From contig MCFE01000673.1 in assembly GCA_002104905.1 (NCBI GenBank), positions 1 to 47,368 on the forward strand: DNA of 47,368 bases, in the 5' to 3' direction. The notes under the pieces were generated by a model. It made no database searches, was not told the DNA's origin, and was given only the letters and a program-made list of their open reading frames with translations. The number at the start of each line of letters is the position of its first letter. Positions within the stretch are counted from its first letter, which is position 1. The DNA is from Basidiobolus meristosporus CBS 931.73 (Eukaryota > Fungi > Basidiobolomycota). Shown here one piece after another: positions 33,830 through 47,200 of this stretch. Made by a program: the position numbers and the translations under genes.

Positions 33830-36175
33830 AATTTTAGCAGCCACACAGTGAGGCTCTGTAGTCCTCATTACAGTAGTACGGTGGCCTACAGCTAGTTCTG
33901 TATAACACCACTATACAAATATACCAAATGGTATTTCCTTTTCTACCTCCCCTTGTGCAATTCATGTTTTCCACTGTGGAATCACCCCTCTTTATTTGCT
34001 TACCCAATACTACCTTTGGTACTCCACATATAGTCAAAATAAAAGAAACTATGACCTCCTGATTGCTAAACTCTGTAAACATGCACACCTGCCACAATTG
34101 ACATACTTCTATCACCTCAAGTTTACAGCTTTCCAATGTGATACTTGTAAAGTTGCCATAAACCTTGTACTGCTGGTACCATATACATCTTACAAACATG
34201 TGCTTGGTTGTTGTCACTTTTGCCATGAGTACCTCCTGAATATCCTCACAGAACTTCTAGGTATTTATCCAATATATTTCTTCTCCCTGCTGCATTCTAG
34301 TCCCCCTTAGATGTGCAATCTAGCCCTTGTTTATGTGAATTCTGTATAGAATGGTGGAAAGGTGGCTTGTGTTTGTGAGAAATCCAGCATACCTTGGTGG
34401 AGCTTTCCTAACAAGAATTAGTTGCTTGTTGCACCCAACCCAGCTTTGAATTACTTACTTGATTACCCTTACATTGGGGCTGCTTAGCTTCTTAAAGCCA
34501 TAGGCATAGGTGTCTCCATATGGACATCTGTCCTCAGGATTTTTCAGCTCTACCTGGCTGACCTCCATGTGCCAACTTATTGCATTCATGACAGACTTAA
34601 AAGTGATATTCTTGATAAGATTGGAATATGGTAGTACCTGCAACTTGACTTGTCTTTCTTTCTCCCCACACATTTGCTCCATAGGAAACTCCCAAAAGGT
34701 GAAGCAAGGCCTAATATTCTCCACACACCAAGCAAGATGGAGTAGAGAATGGATAAAGTGGTGGCAGAGATCTACATGCACAGCTTTATGTTTGTGGTAT
34801 AGCTGCTCAGATCCTGTTACAAACTCCTTGCCCAACAGCTACATATGCATTGTGTTAGCATTGGTGATTGGATTCTGGATAAATATTCCTATAATGTCCA
34901 CATATGACTCCAAATGCTTCCAATGTACTCTGGGTGGGAATGGTTTCACAATGCCACCTGAATAAATATATTTCCAGTTCATCCAGTCCTTGCATTTGTA
35001 TTGTTGCATATTTGTGTAAAAATTGATTGGAGCCCATGAGAAGTACTAAGGGTTACAGATACTCTGTAATATCTTGCCACCTCCTTCAAGTATCTCCAGC
35101 ATTTTGAAGGGCTGATTTAGCTTGTAGAGCCTCATGTATAATTTGGTCATCAGTATAGGGATATTGTTGAAAAGCAAAAGCATTTCTTCCAGTAGAAAGC
35201 TATTGCTGTATCAGATACCCTCTATCTCAAGTATCTCTGGTTTCCAGTTGGTTCCATATTCCAACCAATGGCTTATAACCTGCCAACTTTGTTGCAATTG
35301 CACGCTGACTTCTGTACATTCTCTCTGTGGGAAGATAATGTTCTTAGTGCTGGTATTTGGGTAATAATAATGTATGTGAGTTATGGAGTAAATATCCCTG
35401 GATCTCACACATTCGACAGCAATACTGTCCATTGTGCCCGGAAAAACCTGTCATCTTGCTGATGGCTGGGGTATCTCCAATGCAGATAATAATATGCACT
35501 CTTACATGATGGCCACTTACCATTATCCTGCTGGAACGCATACAAAACTCATCCAGCAATAGATGCAGGTAACTATTCAGGCTGGATAGTGATTTGGGCC
35601 CACATACCAGTGAGACTATCATCAGATTATTGCTCTGATACTGTAACATGGGTTGCAGATTCAGATTGACAAGAATCAGTGGCCAGCATGACTTGCTGGT
35701 AGAGTACTTGTTTGATGAGAATCTATCAAGTGCTAAGGCAAAGGCATGGTCATACATACCTTCAAAGTAGCCCTTGCTTCATGGCTGTTTTTAATGTTTG
35801 CCATCAAATATTTCAGATATGTTTGCGCTTGATTTATACGGATTGCAGTACTGTCTAGCTTTGCAATATTTGTCAGACAGCATTAGCTTCTTTATACAGG
35901 GTATTACTGGAATATATCATGAGTGTTAGCCATGTTTTCCCTTTGTGGTGGTGGATTCCTGACAATTTGGACATGTTACAATGGTAGAAAATTTGGATTT
36001 GAATGCCATGCAACTGCTAACACATGCTGAAATCTGGACAGTCTCTGGGTCATATGCTGCTGGCCACATGACAGTTATTCACTTGTACCATGGACATGGG
36101 AAGTTGAATCCTGGAATGAATTTGGCAAGAAGTAGCAATAAATCCTCAAAGCCCCCATTGCGGATATTAGTGGAA
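33830..36175 (-). pseudogene. CACTA transposase copy 2, including the N-terminal Cys-rich region
   Basis: ACVSSC..F..C PNC..., YIPVIP; SCWPLILVNLNL, CGPKS, CIGDTPAISKMTGFSGHNGQYCCRMC; HSLLHL...WEFPMEQMCG; PYSNL. Confidence 0.9.
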
Positions 36176-36508
36176 ATCAAATCAGTAGCATTAGTCAGTA
36201 AATGAATCAGCAGATCCTTATCAGACAGAAATAGATATATGAAGTAGGATCTTATTGGGTGATGATGATGCAATCAAATGAGTCATCAGCCACAACCGAC
36301 ATTAGGAAATACAATTAGTCAGCAATTGAACTGGCAAAATGTATATAAGGAGCTGCTGGAACCTCAATAAAAATCAGTTCAAGTTTTAGTGAATACAATA
36401 CTAGCTAAACTCCCTATTCCTCTACAACTTTTATACCAAGACTTGTAACATTGGTAGCAGCACTAACCAGTAACCTCCCTCCTGAAGAAAGAAGAAACCA
36501 CCCTCAAG

Positions 36509-39500
36509 ATGTCAGACAATCAAGAATGGAAGAATGCCATGCAGCAAGTCCTGGCCCAACAGCAACAGTTACTCCAGATCCTCAGCCAACAGCAACAAGG
36601 AATGACTACCATGGCTCAGAGACAGCAAAGCCCTGTCAAGAGCAACTTTAGTGTGAAGGTCAACCAGTACCATGGCAAAGTCAATCAAAACCTGGGAACT
36701 TGGCTCTTTCAGATTGAAGAAGCATTTAGAGCCAAAGGAATTGCTCCAGAAAGCAAGTTGCATTATGCAGCTTCTTACCTGGCAGATGCAGATTTACTGT
36801 GGTACCACAACAAGATCAGGTCAGCCACTATGATGGGATGCTCTACAATCTCTACCTGGGATGAGTTTGTGTTGGAAATTCAGGATGCTTTTGAACCTCC
36901 CCACCAGCAGACACTACTAAGAAGGAAGCTAAAGACACTCAAACAGAAAGGAATGGTTCAAGAATATATCTATGAGTACAGATGTCTACTTGGACAAATT
37001 GAAAGAATGGAACCCTGGATCAAGTAGAATACTTTATTGATGGGTTGAAAGAAAGAACTTGCAAGGAAGTGAATTACCAAAGACCTCAGACTATTGAAGA
37101 AGCCATCAAGATTGCCATTGACTATGACTCAGCTATGTTTGGAGTTGGGAAGCCTACAGTGACTAATCAGAAAGGCTACAATCATTATGAAAGAAGGCAG
37201 TCAGAAGCAGTACCAATGGAAATAGAAGCTATGCAGAAGAATCCTACCTCAGAAGAATGTAAGAGGAAAGGACTTTGCTTCAATTGCCACCATCAAGGAC
37301 ATATTGCAAAGGACTGCCCTCAGAGAAGAAATGGACACCAGCTATCAAGAACCTTTAGCCGTATTGAGGCCTTGGAGCATAGTAACATGGGGGATGAACT
37401 TGAAGAAGACTCAGAACTCACCTTCCATACGACAGAAGAATACCTATCCCAGATGACCTCAAACTCAGGAAAGCTCTTGTACTTGAATGGAGTAATCAAT
37501 AGAGTACCTGCCAAGATCATGATTGACTCAGGAGCATTGCATGAGTACATGTCAGAGCAGTTTGCTCTGAAAGCTGGAATTAACTTGGAACCCACCAAAT
37601 CAACTTCAGTCTCAACAGCTGATGGGAACTCTCACATAATCAGCCGTATTACTTGGCCAGTAAGAATGAAGATCAATGACAATGAAGAAGACCTACAGGC
37701 TTATGTATTTGGGAACTGCAAGTTTGACCTTGTACTTGGAAAAACCTGGCTATTTTGTTGTAATCCATCAATCAACTGGAGAACCCATGCTACTCAGATC
37801 CAAAAAGACAACAAGACCTATGAGCTATTACCTGCCAGGCTGGATTTCAACTAAGTCAATTCCAGTATGTGTGAGACAAGTAAACTTAGCAAAGCCCAGT
37901 TCTGTAGAGCACTTAGAAAAGGTACCCAGATGTTCCTCATGGCTGTATTACAGGAGGATTCTGCTACCCCAGCACCCCAGCAGGTCCAGACTCTCTTGAA
38001 GAAATATTCAGACGTGTTTCCAGATGAGCTTGTAAGCTTACCACCAGTCACAGATGTGGATCATGCCATTGACACAGGAGATAGCCCTCTACTGAGCAAG
38101 ACACCTTACAGAATAAGTCCATTGAAATTGGAGGAAATGAAGAGACAAATTGATCAGCTATTGGAGCAAGGATACATCAGACCCAGCAAGTCACCTTGGG
38201 GAGCACCATTGCTTTTTGTGAAAAAGATGGATGGAACACTTAGGATGTGCATTAGCTACAGAGCCCTGAACTCAGTTACCGTCAAAAAAAAGTACCCATA
38301 CCTTGGATTGATGAGCTTTTGGACCAACTTAATGGAGCCACTATTTTCAGCAAAATTGACCTCATGACAGGACACAACAAGATTAGGGTGAAGCCAGAAG
38401 ACATCCCTAAGACAGCATTCAGGACCAGATATGGACATTACAAGTACTTAATCATGAGTTTTGGCCTCACCAATGCCCCTGCAACTTTCATGACCCTGAT
38501 GCAGACTGTCTTCCAGGAATACTTAGACAAGTTTGTCATAATCTACCTAGATGATATGCTGATATACAGCAAGACAGAAGAGGATCACTTGGTGCACATT
38601 GAAAAGGTCTTGAAGAAGCTAAGAGAAAACAAGCTTTATGGCAAGCTACCCAAGTGTGAATTCTTCAAGGAACATGTTGAATATCTGGGACACATAGTGA
38701 CTAGCACAGGAGTAACCTTGGACACCAAGAAGGTGAAAGTAATCAAGAATCTGAAGCAGCCGCATAGCATATCAGAGCTCAGATCATTCTTTGGAATGGT
38801 TTTCCATTATTGCAGATTTGTCAAGTTGTTTGCAGGTATTGCAGCCCCTTTAACTGATATCCTCAAGAAAGACAATACCTACAAGTGGGACATAGATTGT
38901 GAGACTGCCTTCCAGATGCTCAAGAATGAACTTGTTAAGCTGCCAAGCTTAAGAATACCAGACTTCAGAAAAGAGTTCACTCTGTGCACAGATGCTTCAG
39001 ATTATGCAATTGGTGAAGTGCTGAGCCAAGAACACAAGGGAAAGGACTACCCTGTTGCCTTTGAATCCAAGCAACTGAACTCAGCAGAACAAGACTATCC
39101 AGTCCATGAGAAGGATATGCTTGCTATAATACACTGTTTGAAGACATGGATATGCTATATTGAAGGAGTCAAATGCACTGTGAAGACTGATCATGCCTCC
39201 CTCAAGTATATATTTACTCAGAAGGTACTCTCTACAAGAATGACAAGATGGAGTAAATACACTCAGCAATTTGACCTGGAGATTGCCTATTGCCCTGGAA
39301 AAAACAACACGGTTGCTGATGCCTTATCAAGATTAGATCAAGTTGCACAACTCAACTTGGTGTATGAACCAGACTGGCCTAGCCTATTACCAAAGTACTT
39401 GAAGAACCAAGCCATTCCTAATGAGGTGGATGAAGATATCAAGAAGATAATCCGTGATGAAGCCAGCAAATTTGTTGTACAGGATGAAACACTCTACCAA

Positions 39501-40589
39501 ATTGATGATGGTAGCCCTATTGCCTATTGCCCTTATGTTTCTTGCCTGGATTTAATACATAAGCTACACAATGCATATAAACATCTTGGAATTGAAGGAA
39601 CCTATAGTCTTGTGAAAGCCAGAGCATGGTGGCCCAGAATGAAACAAGACATTGGGAAGCTAGTGAAAACATGCCCAAATTGCCAAATTAACCAAAGCCA
39701 ATCACAGAGAATTGCTGAACTCTTTCTCTTGGAGCCTGTAAGACCATTTGAAAGATGGGGAATTGACTTTATTGGACAACTGCCAACTACCAGGAAATGC
39801 AACCGTTGGATACTAGTAGCAATTGACCATGCCACTAAATGGCCAGTTGCTAAGGCTGTACCAATAGCCAGTGAATAAGAAGTTGCAAGTTTTATTTAGC
39901 ATGATATCCTGATGAAGTATGGATGCCCTGTGGAGTTCTTATCTGATAGAGGAGCAAACTTTATGGCAAAGACATTAGAGGCTTACCTGGAAATGCAGCA
40001 GATCAGACACTTGAAAACCATGGCATATCACCCTAGAACTAATGGAGTCACTGAGCGGTTTAATGGATTATTTGGAAAGATGCTGACCAAGTATGCAAGT
40101 GGATTTGTCAGTAAATGGGATGAGTACATAGACCAGGCACTCTTTGCATGCAGAGTCAGAGTACACAACACCACCCAGCAATCACCATTTCACTTAGTGT
40201 ATGGATGCGAACCAAGGATTCCAGGAGATCCCACACAACCAAAGCTTACAGACACCTTAGAAAATGAACTCAGTCAGCTGAGTAGACACCAGCAACTGGA
40301 ACAAAGACATCAAGAGGCACAGACCAAAGTATCTCAAAGTGCAGAAAAGATGAAGCAGAGATTTGATAAGACCATAGCCCCAGAAGCATCAACAGTTGGG
40401 AACTTTGTATTGCAAAGAAACAACACTTGGAAGAAGTTTGAGTCACAATGGACAGGACCATTCAAGATCATCAGAGAATGTCCATTTGCAACTTACCAAC
40501 TGGTGGACAAACAAGGCAATATCCGGGAAGACTTAGTGCATAGGGACAGACTCAAGCTTGCAAGACTTGCTGATAATACTGAACCATGA
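36509..40589 (+). pseudogene. pol: Gypsy-B gag-pol (capsid, CCHC, PR, RT, RH, IN), several frameshifts and stops
   Basis: WLFQIEEAF; CFNCHHQGHIAKDC; IMIDSGA; [12 protein letters not shown]; IIYLDD; TDASDYAIG; RWGIDFIG; LSDRGANF; YHPRTNGVTERFN; WTGPF. Confidence 0.95.
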
Positions 40590-40650
40590 AGATATTGGTA
40601 TCTCAAGAAAAGAGATTCAGGAGAACCATCTCAAGTTTAGTAGGGGAGAA

Positions 40651-41019
40651 TGTTATGATCTGCTGCTTGAATGTTTAAGTTAGATCAGTTTTTTAGTCAA
40701 ATCAATTAGTATATGTTTAGGTTATCAGTATATCAGTATTATCTATCAAATCAGTAGCATTAGTCAGCAAATGAATCAGCAGATCCTTATCAGACAGAAA
40801 TAGATATATCAAGTAGGATCTTATTAGGTGAGGATGATGTAATCAAATGAGTTATTAGCCACAACCTATATTAGGAAATGCAATTAGTCAGCAATTGATC
40901 TGGCAAAATGTATGTAAGGAACTGCTGGAACCTCAATAAAAATCAGTTCAAGTTTTAGTGAATACAATACTAGCTAAACTCCCTATTCCTCTACAACTCT
41001 TATACCAAGACTTGTAACA
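40651..41019 (+). repeat. Gypsy-B 3' LTR (369 bp)
   Basis: TGTTATG...TGTAACA, follows the PPT; homologous to 23902-24269, 27679-28045 and 36176-36450. Confidence 0.93.
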
Positions 41020-41053
41020 TATTTCCCCTTTGGTTTGACTCACTTCCATATAT

Positions 41054-43099
41054 ATGCCACCAAAAAATAAAGCAACGTTGTCTGGCTTCCAACCAAGCCC
41101 CACCACTGACAGCAGCAGAAGAACAGTTGGTCAACAGCTTGCTTTGACATTCAGTGCAACAAGTAGGGCTACATCAAATAAAGGCAATGTTGACAGTGGC
41201 CCACTTGTGTTAATGATACAGACTCCTCAGGCTCTCAGTCAAGTAGGCAATTGAGAACCTCTGCTGAGCCAGAAGCTGACCATTTTGCTCAGGCAGATGA
41301 GAATGTAGCAAATGCAGTACCTTCAGTTGAAGATCAGCAAGCGGCCATGATAGCAGCACCACCACTCTTATTAGCAGTTATGTTGTCAGCTCATACCAAA
41401 GCATTAATAAAGCTATTAGGTGCAGTGGCTGATAGGATGGATGCAATGGCCCAGAGAAATCAGGAAATAGTCCAGAAATAGGATGAGTGGATAATATGTG
41501 TAGAGCAATCAATATCCCAGGTAGACAAAGCAGTATCTTTGCTGCAAAGAAGGAACTCAAGTAGCTCAATTGCACAGCCAAGAATTGAGCCATTTCCTGA
41601 TGTAACAGCAGAGGAACACCATACAGACTTTGAAGCACAGCAACAGTCCCCAAAGATAAAGTCCAGGGAAGAACCTATCCTAGTGTGAGAGGTAGACAAT
41701 GCGGTGTTTATACCAAAGCCTGAAAATTAAAATACATTGAGGATATGTGAAGCCAACAAGTGTAACAATGAAGAGTGGGCTAATATTTAAGAGGCTGTCA
41801 GAAGTCTAGCATGCCATCACCTTAAGGCCGGCATACCATGGAGCATCAGGAACTCCAGACCAAGCAGAATGCACTTAACTTGTTACATGTTCATTATCCT
41901 GGAATCATATGGACAAATGGATTTTGGGCCATCATTGGTATGCTAAGAAAGTATCTTAAGAATAGCAAAAGCTATCAAATGCAGCAAAACAAGGGTGCCA
42001 TGGCTAAAAGCCAGCGGCTTCCTTAAGTACCCATTACAAGCAGGGCCAAAACCCCAGACAAGTGTCAAAGAGATGTCAGGTTGCTGGAGGAGTGCCAATT
42101 AGGGACAGGAAGGCAGACACACATGCACCAGCACAACATTTATCAAGGAAAAAGCATAGTACCACTCAAGAAGCACTCAGACAAAGTAGTGGTGAAGGAC
42201 CTGGAGTGATAAAAACCAGCAGCTCTTACAGGAGCCCATCACAACCATGGTTGAGAGCTTGAAACAAGCAGAAAAGAAAAATCAGGTTGCCAGAAGAGTG
42301 CCAGCAAGGGAATAGCAGGCCAAAACAGATGCGTCAAAGCAGAATTCATCAAGGTGACAATGAAGTTGATTACAAGAAGCACTCAGACAAAGTAGCAGTG
42401 AAAGACCTGGCAGTGATACAGGCAAAGGTAAAGGGAAAAATGTCTACCCAAACCTGAGACAGGGTGGCATGCAAGAAAAACTACAGTTCTTGCCAATTAA
42501 TGCCACAAGCCTGGAACTAACTGAATCCCATCATACCCAAGACAAATTACCCACAATAAAGCAGCTGCTTTCACAAGAGTTGGAAGTGCAGCGGTTGAGC
42601 TACACTCCAGCAAAGTCATTGAGTTTGCAGAAAAATGAAATTTGTCTACAACAACTTCCACATCCTCCATTGTTGACAGAGTGAGGATCCTGCTGACAGA
42701 CAAGACTACAATTTCAAGAACTCAAAAAACTATCACAATGCCTTCAGTGGAATTTTGGAACATTAATAGGCACACCAAGAGGTTGCAGCACTTCTTCAAG
42801 AGCAGTGCTCAAGAAAACACACTTGAATATTGCAAGGATTTATTGCAAAGACTGGCAGATGAGGTGCTAGACCTTGCAGTGCCAGCTGATGTCCAGGACA
42901 TGGGGGGACCAGTGAATTACAGTGGCATAGAGCTGTTGGGTTCCCACCAGAGTCATGAAACAGAATGTTTCAGCAGAAATACTTATTGAGTGGTGGATTT
43001 TAATGGTGTTACTTGTCAAGTGTGGGGTTGGGTTTAATGTTAGTGTAGGGTAGAGGGACTTGTATATGTCAATGCAATTGCAAATTGAGGTACAACTGA
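41054..43099 (+). pseudogene. CACTA accessory ORF-X copy 2
   Basis: MPPKNKATLSG...; same segment order as copy 1, including FWA.IGMLRKYLKNS..YQ and MPSVEFWNINRHTKR.QHFFKSSAQE. Confidence 0.72.
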
Positions 43100-43522
43100 A
43101 GTTTCAATGGAAATAAGTCAATTTGTACACATAAAAAGTAAGAGAAACTGTCAAGTAAGGAAGTAGGGAGTGTGGAAATGAGGCAATAGCCAATCATTGC
43201 ACACAAACATAGGAGGTGATAGAGTGTCCAGGATCAGAAAGTGAGCAAATTGGCAGGGAACCAACTAAAAGCCACTTAAATATTGTGGTGATGAAAAATT
43301 TTGACCAAGTTGTTTGTGAAATCTGGGGTGCAATTACTTTTCAATGGTCTCTGGATGGTGTCCTGACAGGATCAGTACTTCTTAGTCATGGGACTTTAAC
43401 TTTGTGATGGCCTTTTGACAGGATCATTACAATAATTTTTTGTAGGATTTTTGAAGCACAGGAATTTTGAACATCTATATTAGTTTGATTTGACCCAAGC
43501 TCAAAGCTGAGAGGAGGGTGGA

Positions 43523-44216
43523 TGTAGTGGGGTCACAATGACACCCACTGACAAATGTGCCCATTCCCATATTCTTTACTTCCCTATTTTTCTACTACCC
43601 TTATTTTAGATTTATTCTGTATTTCTTACTTGATCAGTACTATCCCATAAGCCAGCTGACTATCACACCTGCTAACCTTTTTGCATAAGTTATCCCTCAT
43701 TTTATGTATGATTACTTGATATATATGCATCTATGTCAGGCAGGTACCAGCACCAGTACCCTTGACACATGACTAATTGGTGGCACCATCCCTACTATTT
43801 TCATACCATATATGGTGTCTCTATGTTATGTACATTTCAGAATACTGATCCCTGATTGGTTGGGTGTGCTTTGCCTCTCAGAACCTTCCAGCACCTACTT
43901 AGAACACTCTTAGCTCATTCTGATGTCATTAAGATTTCTGTTTGATTGCCAAAACCTTCTGGAACACCATGATTGGTAATCACTTTGCCAGTGAGAAAAG
44001 TATATAAGGGAGGCTATCCCTCTACAATAAATCATCATCCTTTTTATCAATATACCAACTTGTTTATTAGTGTGATCACTGCTACCTGCTGCTACCTGAA
44101 CTTCCAACCCTAGACCACAGGACACTCCCAGGAAACCATGCTGACAGCAAACTGACCTTGGAGGCACTACTTGTGAGGAATACTCAGAGTAGGTATCTTT
44201 TATTATATTTGATTCT
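43523..44216 (+). mobile_element. LTR-A copy #6, 3'-truncated
   Basis: Homologous to 1865-2557; joined directly to copia RT sequence. Confidence 0.88.
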
Positions 44217-47200
44217 CTCCCACTGAATATGAGATATCTGGACACGTTCCAAGCATGATATACATCTGACTGTCAACCATAGACTGATAAGGAAAGTTAG
44301 GGCTTTCAGATGGCACCAAGCTCTCTTGATTTGGTTGAGTTTTGACCAAGTTAAGGTTTGTCTCCATTGGGGTAGCTGCCGGTTTAAAGTCTTCCATTTT
44401 GTACTTCTTTAGTATATCTTGAATATACTTGGATTGACTTAGGATGATAGTCTGGGTACTTCTGTCTATGGAGAACTTAATCCCTAAGTAGTAACTAAGT
44501 TTTCCTAGATTGGACATCTTGAACTCCTTAGATAGGCTGGATTTAGTCTCTTCCAATGTTTCTAGGTTATTGGCGGCTATAATAAGATCATCCACATATA
44601 GAGCTAATAGAACTGGATTTGCTCTATCTGGCTTATAGTATATACTATAGTCAGCATTACTCCTTTTGAAACTCAAAGATTTCAAATAAGAATCCATCTT
44701 GCATTTCCAGGCACTTGGTGATTGTTTGAGACCATATAGTGACTTTTAAGCTTGCAGACCAAATGGGGGTTATCTTGGTCAATAAACCCATCAGGCTGAT
44801 CCATATACACGTCCTCATCAAGTTCTCTGTTCAAAAATGCAGTTTTTACATCCATTTGATGAATAAAAAACTTATATTTTGCTGCAATAGCCAAAATTAA
44901 TCTGATGGAATTAAACTTGACTGCCGGTGCAAAGGTCTCAGTATAGTCAAGTCCTTTTGTTTGAGAGTATCCTTTGGCTACAAGTCTTGCTTTGTATCTT
45001 TCAATTGTACCATCAGCCATGTATTTTGTCTTGAAGACCCATCTGCATCCAATTGATTTTTGGTTGATTGGTAATTTGACTAAGTCCCAAGTTTGATATT
45101 CCATCAGGGCCTGATAATCCTCAGTCATTGCAGATCTTCAAAACTTTGTCTGAGGGCTATTTTGGGCCTCTTTTACAGTCTGGGGTTCATCAATATGGAC
45201 TGAATAAGCATAGGCTAAGTTTATACCCTAATTGATATAGTAAATTGGGCTATTTCTTGTCCGATTGGATCTCCAGGCATTTGAAACTCAAATGATCACT
45301 TCTGGGATATTCTGGGGCACTGATTCTGGCTGAACCACGGTTGTAGAGTCCTCTGGAGTGAAAAAATTTTCATTGTTTTGCTCTGATTCAATCCTGACAA
45401 TTGGTGGACTTGAGTTCAAGTTTTCATCATCATCTGATGTCATTTTTTGTGAAATTTTGAATTTTCATCAAACAGCACATCCCTGGACTTGACCAGCTTC
45501 TTTGCTTTGGTATTGTAGAGTCTGTATGCCTTACTCTCATTGCAGTAGCCCAAAAATATGCATTTTACACTTTTTAGTTCAATTTTTGACTGATTTCCGG
45601 CCAGTTTTTTGGCATATGCTGTACACCCAAATATTCTTAGATATTCTGCACTTGGTCTGTACCCATACCATGCTTCAAATGGAGTAGAATCACAAGGTAT
45701 TCTGTTATAACTCCTATTTTTAAGATATACAGCAGTGGCAATTGATTCCGCCCAAAAATCATGGGATAATTTTTGATCATGGATCATATATCTTGCCATA
45801 TCAATTATTGATCTGTTAGCTTGCTCTGCTACTCCATTTTGCTGTGGGGAATATGGTACAGTAGTCTCTTGCTTTATCCCATGAATTTTGCAGAAGTGGA
45901 TGAAGAGTTTTGAGGTATATTCTCCACCATTGTCAGAGCGTATTTTCTTGATTATTTCACCAGTTTTTCTCTCCACCATGGCTTTAAACTCCCTGAACTT
46001 AGACAGAGCTTCTTCCTTTCTCTCCATGAAGTAGATCCATGTGTATCTTGTATAATCATCAATAAAAGTGATCAAATACTTCATCCCGCCTACAGATAAA
46101 TTTTGCATAGGTCCACACAGAATTGAGTGAATTAGATCTAATTTTTCTTAGTTTTGATTAACCCAGTGCTGTTGAACAGTTGTCTGGCTTGTTTCCTATA
46201 TATGCAGGCTTTGCAGTGCTCCAAATTTGATGGGGGATTAATTTTCACTCCAGAAATTTGCTGATCTTTGATCATTTTACGCAAATAATCAAAGTTGATG
46301 TGTCCAAATCTCCTGTGCCAAAGCATTAGTGTTTCTTCATTTAAGTTACTTATATTGACTTCCAAATATGATGGAATATAAGTCAACTTGTATAGATTCC
46401 GATCTCTGATGCCCAAAGCAATATGGGCACCATTTTGATCAGTGATCCTGCATCCAGAATTGTCAAAACTGAAAATGAGTCCTTCTGCTGTGGCCTTGCT
46501 TACAGAGAGTAGGTTCTTGGCTATTTCTGGTACATAGAGTACTTCTTTAAAGGTCAGTGTATGATTTCCTTCACTGCTTCTAAGGTTTACTTGGATAGTT
46601 CCTTCTCTCACTGCATCAAGTGTTCTATTGTCACCCATGAAAACCTTCTTAATTGGAATTTCTTGATATTGGGTAAAAAGTTCATTTTGGTGTGTAAAGT
46701 GTTGAGAAGCTCCAGAGCCAATATACCACGTCTGAGAATCCTTGTTTGTGGTTATATTTAGTGCAGATATGAACAGTCTATCTTCAGTTGTTGCAGCATT
46801 TCCATATTCAGGCATCTTTTGCTGATTATCTTTCTTTTTGAGACACTGGTCTGATGTGTGTCCTTTCCTTTTGCAGTAGTTACAAAACAGGTTGCTGTTG
46901 CCTTTGTAGGGTCTTGAGTTCCTCCTTTGTTGGTTATCATTGCTTATTAAAGCATCTTCTTCTTCCTTCTTATTGGCGCTTGTTTTTCTTAATTCTTCAT
47001 CCAGGAGCCTTCCAAATACGTAATTTAAGGTCAAATCTTCAGTTCTGGACTCTAGGGCTGATACAAGGCCCTGAAGCATGTCTGTCAGGCTATTCAGGAT
47101 GGTAACTATCACATCCTCATCAGTAGTTGGTACACCCACAGATTCCATCTCATCTACCAGCAGGATAATTCTGTTAATTAGATTTTTCATTTCTTCTCCT

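Larger units (their letters stand above)
36176..41019 (+). mobile_element. Gypsy-B copy 2 (5' LTR truncated 36176-36450; 3' LTR 40651-41019)
   Basis: PBS TGGTAGCAG at 36452 (tRNA-iMet-like); PPT AGGGGAGAA at 40642-40650; the LTRs differ at about 14 of 275 shared positions. Confidence 0.95.
33445..43522. mobile_element. CACTA/CMC-type DNA transposon, copy 2 (transposase on minus, ORF-X on plus), interrupted by Gypsy-B copy 2
   Basis: Inverted homologue of 12660-19310; ends approximate. Confidence 0.8.

Noticed and set aside
40400-40650. Chromodomain at the integrase C-terminus of Gypsy-B (also checked in Gypsy-G and the Ylt1-like fragment)
   Set aside because: The integrases end shortly after the GPF/GPY module, with no chromodomain motif visible.
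43519-43522. Flank of LTR-A #6 (TGGA) as a CpG-centred TSD
   Set aside because: The central dinucleotide is GG and no right-hand TSD or paralogous empty site is available; counted as an exception.
2499-44245. Small ORFs inside LTRs (2499-2708, 4201-4416, 4518-4745, 15714-15986, 16373-16633, 43910-44245)
   Set aside because: Starts, stops and frames are not conserved among homologous LTR copies.
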